Made by a program: the position numbers and the translations under genes. A DNA stretch of 64,000 nt, from assembly GCA_964016885.1 (NCBI GenBank), contig OZ024759.1, positions 18,724,001 to 18,788,000 on the forward strand, given 5' to 3'. Under the pieces are notes generated by a model. That model was not told the DNA's origin. It made no database searches and saw nothing but the letters and a program-made list of their open reading frames with translations. This DNA is from Eledone cirrhosa (taxonomy: Eukaryota). This document shows positions 17,706 through 29,834 of the stretch, piece after piece; the stretch's first letter is position 1, and each line of letters begins with the position of its first letter.

Positions 17706-17864
17706 AGAGTGTGATGCATATGTATCCAAGCATATACATATACACACATGCAGGCATATCTGGAAACAGCTAGATCAAGAGACCAAGCTGAAACTTCGAA
17801 TTCAATGCAGCTTTTCGTAACCCTACTCTTCGGTATTAAGATAGTGTTTGAATGTTTTAAATAA

Positions 17865-18040
17865 TTGTTTCTACTTTTGGCACAAGGCCAGCAATTACCC
17901 AGTACATTACTGGTACTTTATTTTATCGACCCCGTAAGGATGAAAGGCAAAGTTAATCTCGGCGGGATTTGAACACAGACCGTAAATGGACGTAACTATG
18001 CTGGAAAGCATGGCGTCCGACTCTCTACTGACACTGCCAA
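17865..18040 (-). mobile_element. Family A SINE
   Basis: Near full-length reverse copy. Confidence 0.85.
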
Positions 18041-18192
18041 CACCCCCCCCCCCCCCCACACACATATATACACATATATATATATATACATAAATTAACA
18101 TATATATATTATACAGGCAAACACATATACACATACTTACACACATAAGTGCTTACATATTCATCATACATACACACATGTTTGTATGTGCA

Positions 18193-18232
<40 letters not shown>

Positions 18233-18234
<2 letters not shown>

Positions 18235-18426
18235 CGAAGGAACTGTGGTAAGGAACCAGATGGAACATAACGCACCAAAGTACTCAATACTTAGGGTAGT
18301 AGAGTGGGTAATAGGGACAAGTAAGACCCCGACGGCTGAGCTCAAGCCGTTTCGACGGCTAATTCTGTACAGAATTAGCCGTCGAAACGGCTTGAGCTCA
18401 GCCGTCGGGGTCTTACTTGTTCCTAT
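18233..18426. mobile_element. Half-hammerhead fold-back element, palindrome centred at 18368/18369
   Basis: ...gtttcgacggctaattctgt|acagaattagccgtcGAAAcggcttgagctcagccgTCggggtc; long arm on -, (TA)n on both sides. Confidence 0.8.
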
Positions 18427-18447
18427 ATATATATCTGTATATATCTG

Positions 18448-18481
<34 letters not shown>

Positions 18482-18615
18482 CATATATATATGAATATAG
18501 ACATAGAATATTCGAAAATATTCTGTATGTTTATAATAAACATTTTGAAGACCTAATCGCTATAGAATAGAATACGTCACGTATTACAATTAGATTCTCG
18601 ATAAAAGCAAGGGAA

Positions 18616-18658
18616 GTAATCTACGCGTTTCATTCTTGTTAGAATTCATCAGGACTAC
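18616..18658 (-). ncRNA. Type I hammerhead ribozyme, first of 6 minus-strand copies (18616+310n, n=0-5)
   Basis: Reverse complement of gtaatc-ta-cgcg-tttc-attcttgttagaat-tcatcag-gactac. Confidence 0.92.
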
Positions 18659-20575
18659 ATATCCAGTGCTTTTATCGAGAATGACACAGCTAGAGACTTA
18701 TAGAATACTTAGCTGTGTACAGGAACTGGTTTGAAAGAGCGGTTGCCGGTCCGGCAGAAATTAGAAATTGGAATAAATGCTCTGAAATAGCGATATATAT
18801 GTGAATATAGACATAGAATATTCGAAAATATTCTGTATGTTTATAATAAACATTTTGAAGACCTAATCGCTATAGAATAGAATACGTCACGTATTACAAT
18901 TAGATTCTCGATAAAAGCAAGGGAAGTAATCTACGCGTTTCATTCTTGTTAGAATTCATCAGGACTACATATCCAGTGCTTTTATCGAGAATGACACAGC
19001 TAGAGACTTATAGAATACTTAGCTGTGTACAGGAACTGGTTTGAAAGAGCGGTTGCCGGTCCGGCAGAAATTAGAAATTGGAATAAATGCTCTGAAATAG
19101 CGATATATATGTGAATATAGACATAGAATATTCGAAAATATTCTGTATGTTTATAATAAACATTTTGAAGACCTAATCGCTATAGAATAGAATACGTCAC
19201 GTATTACAATTAGATTCTCGATAAAAGCAAGGGAAGTAATCTACGCGTTTCATTCTTGTTAGAATTCATCAGGACTACATATCCAGTGCTTTTATCGAGA
19301 ATGACACAGCTAGAGACTTATAGAATACTTAGCTGTGTACAGGAACTGGTTTGAAAGAGCGGTTGCCGGTCCGGCAGAAATTAGAAATTGGAATAAATGC
19401 TCTGAAATAGCGATATATATGTGAATATAGACATAGAATATTCGAAAATATTCTGTATGTTTATAATAAACATTTTGAAGACCTAATCGCTATAGAATAG
19501 AATACGTCACGTATTACAATTAGATTCTCGATAAAAGCAAGGGAAGTAATCTACGCGTTTCATTCTTGTTAGAATTCATCAGGACTACATATCCAGTGCT
19601 TTTATCGAGAATGACACAGCTAGAGACTTATAGAATACTTAGCTGTGTACAGGAACTGGTTTGAAAGAGCGGTTGCCGGTCCGGCAGAAATTAGAAATTG
19701 GAATAAATGCTCTGAAATAGCGATATATATGTGAATATAGACATAGAATATTCGAAAATATTCTGTATGTTTATAATAAACATTTTGAAGACCTAATCGC
19801 TATAGAATAGAATACGTCACGTATTACAATTAGATTCTCGATAAAAGCAAGGGAAGTAATCTACGCGTTTCATTCTTGTTAGAATTCATCAGGACTACAT
19901 ATCCAGTGCTTTTATCGAGAATGACACAGCTAGAGACTTATAGAATACTTAGCTGTGTACAGGAACTGGTTTGAAAGAGCGGTTGCCGGTCCGGCAGAAA
20001 TTAGAAATTGGAATAAATGCTCTGAAATAGCGATATATATGTGAATATAGACATAGAATATTCGAAAATATTCTGTATGTTTATAATAAACATTTTGAAG
20101 ACCTAATCGCTATAGAATAGAATACGTCACGTATTACAATTAGATTCTCGATAAAAGCAAGGGAAGTAATCTACGCGTTTCATTCTTGTTAGAATTCATC
20201 AGGACTACATATCCAGTGCTTTTATCGAGAATGACACAGCTAGAGACTTATAGAATACTTAGCTGTGTACAGGAACTGGTTTGAAAGAGCGGTTGCCGGT
20301 CCGGCAGAAATTAGAAATTGGAATAAATGCTCTGAAATAGCGATATATATGTGAATATAGACATAGAATATTCGAAAATATTCTGTATGTTTATAATAAA
20401 CATTTTGAAGACCTAATCGCTATAGAATAGAATACGTCACGTATTACAATTAGATTCTCGATAAAAGCAACCGGCAACCGGCAACCGGCAACCGCTCTTT
20501 CAAACCAGTTCCTGTACACAGCTAAGTATTCTATAAGTCTCTAGCTGTGTCATTCTCGATAAAAGCACTGGATAT

Positions 20576-20618
20576 GTAGTCCTGATGAATTCTAACAAGA
20601 ATGAAACGCGTAGATTAC
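20576..20618 (+). ncRNA. Type I hammerhead ribozyme, first of 8 plus-strand copies (20576+310n, n=0-7); predicted cleavage after 20612
   Basis: Stem I gtagtc/gattac, core CTGATGA (20582), stem II attct-aaca-agaat, GAAA (20603), palindromic stem III acgcgt, GUA triplet; distal stem I attctcgataaaagca/tgcttttatcgagaat (20552-20640). Confidence 0.93.
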
Positions 20619-22947
20619 TTCCCTTGCTTTTATCGAGAATCTAATTGTAATACGTGACGTATTCTATTCTATAGCGATTAGGTCTTCAAAATGTTTATTA
20701 TAAACATACAGAATATTTTCGAATATTCTATGTCTATATTCACATATATATCGCTATTTCAGAGCATTTATTCCAATTTCTAATTTCTGCCGGACCGGCA
20801 ACCGCTCTTTCAAACCAGTTCCTGTACACAGCTAAGTATTCTATAAGTCTCTAGCTGTGTCATTCTCGATAAAAGCACTGGATATGTAGTCCTGATGAAT
20901 TCTAACAAGAATGAAACGCGTAGATTACTTCCCTTGCTTTTATCGAGAATCTAATTGTAATACGTGACGTATTCTATTCTATAGCGATTAGGTCTTCAAA
21001 ATGTTTATTATAAACATACAGAATATTTTCGAATATTCTATGTCTATATTCACATATATATCGCTATTTCAGAGCATTTATTCCAATTTCTAATTTCTGC
21101 CGGACCGGCAACCGCTCTTTCAAACCAGTTCCTGTACACAGCTAAGTATTCTATAAGTCTCTAGCTGTGTCATTCTCGATAAAAGCACTGGATATGTAGT
21201 CCTGATGAATTCTAACAAGAATGAAACGCGTAGATTACTTCCCTTGCTTTTATCGAGAATCTAATTGTAATACGTGACGTATTCTATTCTATAGCGATTA
21301 GGTCTTCAAAATGTTTATTATAAACATACAGAATATTTTCGAATATTCTATGTCTATATTCACATATATATCGCTATTTCAGAGCATTTATTCCAATTTC
21401 TAATTTCTGCCGGACCGGCAACCGCTCTTTCAAACCAGTTCCTGTACACAGCTAAGTATTCTATAAGTCTCTAGCTGTGTCATTCTCGATAAAAGCACTG
21501 GATATGTAGTCCTGATGAATTCTAACAAGAATGAAACGCGTAGATTACTTCCCTTGCTTTTATCGAGAATCTAATTGTAATACGTGACGTATTCTATTCT
21601 ATAGCGATTAGGTCTTCAAAATGTTTATTATAAACATACAGAATATTTTCGAATATTCTATGTCTATATTCACATATATATCGCTATTTCAGAGCATTTA
21701 TTCCAATTTCTAATTTCTGCCGGACCGGCAACCGCTCTTTCAAACCAGTTCCTGTACACAGCTAAGTATTCTATAAGTCTCTAGCTGTGTCATTCTCGAT
21801 AAAAGCACTGGATATGTAGTCCTGATGAATTCTAACAAGAATGAAACGCGTAGATTACTTCCCTTGCTTTTATCGAGAATCTAATTGTAATACGTGACGT
21901 ATTCTATTCTATAGCGATTAGGTCTTCAAAATGTTTATTATAAACATACAGAATATTTTCGAATATTCTATGTCTATATTCACATATATATCGCTATTTC
22001 AGAGCATTTATTCCAATTTCTAATTTCTGCCGGACCGGCAACCGCTCTTTCAAACCAGTTCCTGTACACAGCTAAGTATTCTATAAGTCTCTAGCTGTGT
22101 CATTCTCGATAAAAGCACTGGATATGTAGTCCTGATGAATTCTAACAAGAATGAAACGCGTAGATTACTTCCCTTGCTTTTATCGAGAATCTAATTGTAA
22201 TACGTGACGTATTCTATTCTATAGCGATTAGGTCTTCAAAATGTTTATTATAAACATACAGAATATTTTCGAATATTCTATGTCTATATTCACATATATA
22301 TCGCTATTTCAGAGCATTTATTCCAATTTCTAATTTCTGCCGGACCGGCAACCGCTCTTTCAAACCAGTTCCTGTACACAGCTAAGTATTCTATAAGTCT
22401 CTAGCTGTGTCATTCTCGATAAAAGCACTGGATATGTAGTCCTGATGAATTCTAACAAGAATGAAACGCGTAGATTACTTCCCTTGCTTTTATCGAGAAT
22501 CTAATTGTAATACGTGACGTATTCTATTCTATAGCGATTAGGTCTTCAAAATGTTTATTATAAACATACAGAATATTTTCGAATATTCTATGTCTATATT
22601 CACATATATATCGCTATTTCAGAGCATTTATTCCAATTTCTAATTTCTGCCGGACCGGCAACCGCTCTTTCAAACCAGTTCCTGTACACAGCTAAGTATT
22701 CTATAAGTCTCTAGCTGTGTCATTCTCGATAAAAGCACTGGATATGTAGTCCTGATGAATTCTAACAAGAATGAAACGCGTAGATTACTTCCCTTGCTTT
22801 TATCGAGAATCTAATTGTAATACGTGACGTATTCTATTCTATAGCGATTAGGTTTTCAAAATGTTTATTATAAACATACAGAATATTTTCGAATATTCTA
22901 TGTCTATATTCACATATATATCGCTATTTCAGAGCATTTATTCCAAT

Positions 22948-22949
<2 letters not shown>

Positions 22950-23015
<66 letters not shown>

Positions 23016-23042
23016 TATATTTACATGTATATATATATATAT

Positions 23043-23081
<39 letters not shown>

Positions 23082-23097
23082 TATATACAGATATATT

Positions 23098-23147
<50 letters not shown>

Positions 23148-23185
23148 ATATGCATGTGTGCCTATATATATATGTACACATACAT
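22950..23185. repeat. (TA)n tract with CAG/CATG interruptions
   Basis: Direct reading. Confidence 0.9.
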
Positions 23186-23444
23186 AGGAGGATAATTGCT
23201 TCATCTTGTCAAATGATTGTCATCTCATTAGTCATTGTTCAATGAATGTCTGTTGGCAGTCATACGTCTAATCTAAGTACTCTGAGACGATGCTTAAGAC
23301 AAGCTTATGCCTTGCAAGTTGTAAGCAAACATGACAGACAAAAGTCAACATCTTTACAAAACAAAACAAAACTCTTCATCGTCGTTGTCAATACAGTGAG
23401 ATTTTGCAGTGCAGGTTTTGGCTTTAACGTTCATATTATTATTT

Positions 23445-23820
23445 ATTGTATGGTTAAGGTGTTTGGTTTATAATTATTAGACCTTGGGTTCGATACCATG
23501 TCGCTGCATCTTGGTCAAGTGTTTATTTACAATAGCGTTGAGTTGATTTCAGGTCACTCTCGAGTGTTACGGGTAGCGTGTAACCCACTACAACCTGTCC
23601 TGTGGTCGGTTAGTCGGCGGCTAAACCGGCAACCCCACCAAGTTTACTTGGTGAATAAGGTGATTTTGGACACCCTGCAGGACAAAAAATAAAACCTGAC
23701 AAAGGGCGGAAGAACTCATAACAGTCAACGGCCATCTAAAAAGAAAGAAAAAATCCTGCCAAATCAATGGGTGGCAGTGGTTCCAGCTGCACGCATAGAA
23801 AGACTGGTGTAGTGGTTCTG
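23445..23820 (+). mobile_element. Probable long tRNA-derived SINE or LINE 5' fragment
   Basis: gtatggttaagg...gggttcgatacc head, cttggtcaagtg CORE-like block, GC-richer body. Confidence 0.4.
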
Positions 23821-24065
23821 AGAACAATGCGGCTTTGCAGATGATCAATGTAAATTTAGTAGAGGATAAGTGTTTGTTTGAATGCCCGTTTGATGAACTT
23901 AGCGTGAAATTCAAAGTCTTTCTTCAAACACATAACCAGGCAAATGTAATAATGATAATGGTTTCTGATTTAGGCACAAGGCCAACACATTTAGGGGAGA
24001 GGATAGTCGATTATATCGACCCCAGTTCAATATTGGTACTTAATTTTATCGACCTCGTAAGTATG

Positions 24066-24604
24066 TTTTCTTTATTAACCACAAGGGTTTACATAAAGTA
24101 GACATTAAGGACAATACAGGACGGTACAAATGGGCATTTCTGCGTGTAAAAAAACAGAGGATGAAATAAAATAACAAAGAAAAATTCCCCAATAGGGGGG
24201 AGACTTCCGAGGGACATTTGTGGAGAAAGCCCATTAAAAGACCACAGTGACCCTGACCACCAGGGCAAGTGCCCTCTCCCAGTTTTCCACCTTTAATTTA
24301 CAGATACATACTCAGAAAAGGCCCATTCATTCGGGCCATACTTGCTTCTCTCACCCATCTTTCAACAAAATGCTGGGAAGAGAGCACTTCCCTCTCTACC
24401 CTGATTTTCCGTTTCAAATGAAATTTGAAAAAGTTAATCAGGGCATCACCGAAGAGGTAAGTGCTCGTCTTCAGCCCTTTCAAACGTGTCCACCATACTA
24501 TCTCTTTCGCCATGGCCACCAGACAGATAAAAACTGCCTGCCCTTCCCGGCTAAAAGAAGAGGGCGGGGCAATCCTCACGATGGACTCAGCTGATAGCTG
24601 GATC
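24066..24604 (-). mobile_element. 5'-truncated Tx1/L1-clade LINE inserted into a family A SINE, with a 16-bp TSD
   Basis: ORF2 C-terminus AVFICLVAMAKEIVWWTRLKG..., AATAAA end; TSD cgacctcgtaagtatg at 24050-24065 and 24605-24620; host SINE halves 23960-24065 and 24605-24720. Confidence 0.85.
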
Positions 24605-24744
24605 CGACCTCGTAAGTATGAAAGACAAAGCTAGCCTCTGCAGGCTTTGAACACAGAACGTAAAGGGCAGTAAATCTACGTTGCAAAGCATGTTGTCCGA
24701 CGCTCTACCGATACTGCCAAATAATAATGAAAATAATAATGATT

Positions 24745-25065
24745 TCTAGTATAGGCACAAGGCCAGTGATTTGGTGGGGGAGGGGAGAATCAATTACATC
24801 GACCCCAGTACGTTACTAGTGCTTTATTATATCGGTAACGTACTGGGGTCGATGTAGACTTTCCCCTAACCCCAAATAACGATAATAATAATAAGTTTCT
24901 ACTTTTGGTCCGCAATTATCCCAGTGCATTACTGGTGCTTTATTTTATCGACCCCGTAAGGACGAAAGGCAAAGTTAATCTCAACGGGATTTGAACTGAA
25001 ACCGTAAAGGGCCGTAATTCTGTGCTGCAAAGCATGGCGTCCGACCCTCTACCAATACTGCCAAA
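24745..25065 (-). mobile_element. Family A SINE fragments including a small fold-back (about 24795-24860)
   Basis: Core motif; tacatcgaccccagtacgttac / gtaacgtactggggtcgatgta. Confidence 0.75.
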
Positions 25066-25194
25066 ATAATGATAATAATTATAATATAAAAATTGTGACT
25101 ATATACGTACACAGATTGTGTGTCTATACGTATTTGATACAACACTATAGTTACATCATGTTTGTGTTATATATATATATATATATATATTTAT

Positions 25195-25385
25195 ATAATA
25201 AACAACACAATATAATTATTCCATTACCAAACGTCTGAAAAATGGGTTAGACGTTTCTGTAGTTTCTTGAAGTCTTTGGTAATGGAATAATTATATTACG
25301 TTGTTTATTATGAAATTTAATAGCTCTGTTCTATACATAGAGCACACTTCTTTCCTTTACCTTTTCTACGGATATACTTAACACA
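25195..25385. mobile_element. Inverted Penelope-like remnant related to 5800-6030 and 55115-55452
   Basis: ataataaacaacacaatataattattccattaccaaa / tttggtaatggaataattatattacgttgtttattat plus shared tail. Confidence 0.7.
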
Positions 25386-25454
25386 CACACACATATATAT
25401 AAGTTTATATATATATATAAAATTTAGATGGTTCAATAAGTATTCATTACATTA

Positions 25455-25640
25455 GGTGGATTGGCAGTATCGGTAGAGGGTCGGACGCCATGCTTTCCAG
25501 CATAGTTACGTCCCTTTACGATCTGAGTTCAAATCCCGCCGAGGTTGACTTTGCCTTTCATCCTTACGGGGTCGATAAAATAAAGTACCAGTAATGCACT
25601 GGATAATTGCTGGCCTTGTGCCTAAAGTAGAAACAATTAC
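25455..25640 (+). mobile_element. Full-length family A SINE
   Basis: Close to consensus, A/B boxes intact. Confidence 0.9.
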
Positions 25641-26115
25641 ATTAGTGGAGAAGCATATGTATTTTATATATCTATGATAATCTTATACAAATGGAACATC
25701 TGTCCTGTACAAGTCATTTCTATAATATAAAAAAAGGCTGAGTAGTTAGTACCCCGGATATAAAGCTTTGAGGTATTCGTTTAGACCCTCTATCTCCTTC
25801 AATTCAAATCCCACCGAGGTCAAGTTCGCATTTCATTCTCTCAAGGTCGATAAAATATACCATTCAGGTACTGGGGTAGATTCTTCCTATATATCTTTCT
25901 CATTTCCATTATCTCTGTCTCTATCCTTCTCTGGAAAATACCTGCTCTATCCAGGCCTAGAGAAGGTCGTGCTTCGCCTTGTTCAAAATGCCCAAGAAGC
26001 GCCTTATGCCAATACGGAGCCGCTACGCCTCCACTAGAAGTTACGAGACGCCCCCCCCCCCCCTCCACACACACATACATACATACATACATACATACAT
26101 ACATACACATACACA

Positions 26116-26180
<65 letters not shown>

Positions 26181-26207
26181 ACATACATACATACATACAT
26201 ACATACA

Positions 26208-26607
26208 TGGTGGCTGCCAACTTGTTTTCGAGTACGGCCACTACTTTATATCCATGTAGGAGAACCCCTACTGATGCGCTGAACTTGTGTGACTTTTTAG
26301 TCCAGCCAGCGACTCGAAAACTCTGGTACAAACACTACACTTGTGATAATCATTGACACATAGTGCTGGGCCCATGTGACGACAAGTGCAGAGAGATCTC
26401 CAGATATAAAGCAATGCCTGTGCCATGAAGCTTTTATAGTGAGCAAAGGCAGTGCACAAAGCCAGTCCCACTCTCTTGACCAAGATGATATTTACCAAAA
26501 AGAAGAACAAGTCAACATCATTGGATACCATCAGGGTTGCAGGTGTTATATCAGAGTTTTCCTTCTCCTAGAATTCTGCCTTGACAAAGGCTAAGGGGTC
26601 ATCTCTC
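26208..26607. mobile_element. Unclassified ~400-bp insertion within (TACA)n
   Basis: GC-richer unique block with (TACA)n on both sides; no recognisable protein motif. Confidence 0.4.
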
Positions 26608-26660
26608 ATACATACATACATACATACATACATACATACATACATACATACATACATACA

Positions 26661-26693
<33 letters not shown>

Positions 26694-26834
26694 GGCTTTT
26701 GAAAATACAATGATACTTAAATCATTCTAACATTAACCGGATGAACACTCAATATGTGAAAACAGAATAAGTTTTATTTTCTGGGTAGAAAGAAAAATGT
26801 CATTGACAACGCATTTTCAGCTTGGTTGCTTATA

Positions 26835-27031
26835 TTAAATATATATATATATATATACGTAAATATATATATATACACATATATATATCTATATATATAT
26901 ATACGTAAATATATATATATATATATATACACACACATTTGTATGTATATATATATACACATACTGTGGAGTGCTACTTATCCGATATTTTCATTGCTTT
27001 ATTGTGCTACAATAATATTCACCTCCTATAC

Positions 27032-27094
<63 letters not shown>

Positions 27095-27095
27095 G

Positions 27096-27135
<40 letters not shown>

Positions 27136-27269
27136 TGTATGTGTATATATATAGTGTGTGTGTAAATATACATATACATATATATAAATGTATATATATA
27201 TATATACATATATATACATGTACATATATATATACATATATATACATGTATATATATGCATATATATGT

Positions 27270-27302
<33 letters not shown>

Positions 27303-27520
27303 TTTATATGCATACATATATATATATATGTATATATATAGATTTATATGTGTATATACTTTTATACATATACATATGTGTATATATTTACATACATATA
27401 TATACACATATATACACGTTTATATATATATACCCATATATACACGTACGTTTATACATATATATATATATATTCATATATGTATACACACACACGCCCA
27501 TATACATACACACACTCAGG
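26835..27520. repeat. (TA)n/(TACA)n microsatellite region
   Basis: Direct reading. Confidence 0.92.
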
Positions 27521-28089
27521 AACACATAGCCACATATAGAAATGGGAGCAACAAATATATGAAATGGAAGCTACAATATACGAAATCTTAGAAAAATGCA
27601 GAAGCGAAAAGAAAATGCAAAGTTTGTAAAAATGTGAGAATATGGATGTGCAATAAATCGTGTATAATGTGAAAGCATGTATAAGAATAAAATTTAGATA
27701 GAAAAAAAATGTTTCGCAAATTTTATGCGAAGAATGTGCAATCCTATAACGATTATTGATAAATAAAATGCACAATTATGAGTTTGTAGAAATGCAGCAA
27801 AGCAGAAACACAGATGCACACGAAAGCAGTGATATAGAAATAGAGAAATGTGAACTTCCAAGGTTAAAGGAATGGAAAAATCACGGAGCCGTGTAGCTGC
27901 AGATATAAATTTGGACATTGAAATGTATTGGCATGTATAGCTGTGTGTTTAACCATTTCGTTACCATATTTCTAATGAAAAACGCAATCTATAGTATTCA
28001 AATAATTTGGAATATATAATTTTTTTAGCAACTGAAATATTTTTTCAACAAATTTTAGTTATATAATGTTTGTAATAGAAAAATTAATA

Positions 28090-28500
28090 GTTTCTGATGT
28101 AGGCTCAAGGCCAACAATTTTTGTGGGGAGGAAAAGTCGATTAAATCGACTCCAATGCGTAAATGGTGCTTTATTTTATCAACACCCGTGAGGATGAACT
28201 CAAAGCATGAAGGCCCGTAACTATATGCCGCAAAGCACGATGTCCAATGCTCTACCGATACTGCCAATCCACCACCCTAATAATAATTGTTTCTACTTTT
28301 GCATAAGGCCAGAAATAACAATAATAATGCTTTCTGATTTCAGCACAAGGCCAACAATTTAGGGTGAGGGGAAAATCAATTAAATCGACCCCAATGCGTT
28401 TCCGGTACTTTATTTTATCGATCGTGTAAGAATGAAAGGCAAAGATAACCTCGGCGGAATTTGAACTCAGAACATAAAATATGTAACTATGCTGCTAAGA
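28090..28500 (-). mobile_element. Family A SINE copies
   Basis: Core and tail motifs on minus strand. Confidence 0.75.
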
Positions 28501-29163
28501 CACCACATATGTGTGTTTGTGTGTGTGTATATGTAGAGAGAGATTATATATATATATATATATATATATTCACACGTGTTTGTGGAAGGATTTTTACGTG
28601 TGTTTATGAGTCGTAATGTGACAGTTTGGAGGGAAAAAAAGAGATCGATAATGTACTGGGGTCGATAATATCGACTAAATCAAAGAAGAACCCGAGGGAA
28701 GATGCGATCTAATTACTAGAACCAGTAAAAGGATATAGGAATATATAAGTCTATAGTTGCAAATTACTGAGTGTAGGAACTGTATGGCAAAAACAAAAAG
28801 AAAACAAAGTGAAGAAAGCATTATGTACATAGAATAATGAATTAGACAGAATAGAAATATGGCAATATGGAGATATAACGAATATTAGATTATCAATTAG
28901 GGAGAGTTGAAAGACGAAATTGTGTAACTGCAGATTATCCATGCATCCGTCCATTGCTTTCAATTACTGATGGAGTCGTAAGGACACCGTCGTGATCCAC
29001 GTCATGTCTTGGCATTTTAGAGCTGGTGGAGCCCACCCAACTCTAGGTTTGAGCACAGTTGATTGTTTCCATAGAAAGAGGAGAGAAACTTCAGACATAG
29101 ATAGATAGATAGAGAAATAATAAAGTAGATGGGTAAAGTAGATAGACAGAGATAGATAGATAT

Positions 29164-29751
29164 GTTTCTTTATTAGCCACAGGGGCACAAAAGAAGGGGA
29201 CAAATACAAAGGGCGAAGTTTACATACAATAAAAACGTGTTAAATGTTATAAAAAATGCAATTTAAAAAGTTAGTCGATTTTCCCCAATATGGGGAGACA
29301 TTTCATATGGGTAACACATACTCCCGAAAAAATGTGCAACCCTCATCTCCAGGAGTACGAAGAGTTTGTACTCCTTTCCTCTCCTCCTCCTTTTCCTCAA
29401 CCTACAGGCTGATATAGAGAGAAGGCCCATTCACTCGGGCCATTCTCGCCACTTTCACCCACCTTTCATAAACTTGCTGGGGTACAGCACCTCTCTCGCC
29501 ATCCTGATTCTTCTTCCAAAGTGGTATTTGAAAAAAAGAATCAGTTGTTGGCCGGAGAGAAAGGTGTCCGACCTCAACCCTTTCAACCTTGTCCACCATA
29601 CAACCTCTTTCGCCATAGCTATCACACAAAGGAAAACCGCCTCTCCTTCGTTTTTGAAGGAGGGTGGCGGTTTGATCATGACAATGGACTCGGTGGTCAA
29701 CCGGATTGGTCCCACCCGCGACAATAGTCGTTCTACATAGCCCCACAGGTC
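29164..29751 (-). mobile_element. 5'-truncated Tx1-like LINE within (GATA)n
   Basis: ESIVMIKPPPSFKNEGEAVFLCVIAMAKEVVWWTRLKG... (AKxxIWxxR-type ORF2 C-terminus), frameshifted; AATAAAGAAAC end; GATA repeats on both sides. Confidence 0.8.
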
Positions 29752-29788
29752 AGATAGATAGATAGATATAGATAGATAGATAGATATG

Positions 29789-29834
<46 letters not shown>

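Larger units (their letters stand above)
18483..22948. mobile_element. Non-LTR retrozyme-like array: ~14.3 copies of a 310-bp hammerhead-containing monomer, inverted at 20470
   Basis: Period 310 (cattttgaag at 18541, 18851 ... 20401; accgctcttt at 20491, 20801 ... 22661). Left arm about 6.4 units, right arm about 7.9 units as reverse complement. One internal substitution noticed (22854). (TA)n flanks. Confidence 0.93.

Noticed and set aside
18781-18840. Second (antisense) hammerhead in the 310-bp monomer, which would suggest viroid-like symmetric replication
   Set aside because: Only ctgaaat and gaaaat occur on that strand; no CTGANGA box with supporting stems.
18483-22948. CRISPR array, rDNA/5S or snRNA tandem gene array
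   Set aside because: Units are identical with no variable spacers and show no rRNA, snRNA or tRNA motifs; the hammerhead explains the unit.
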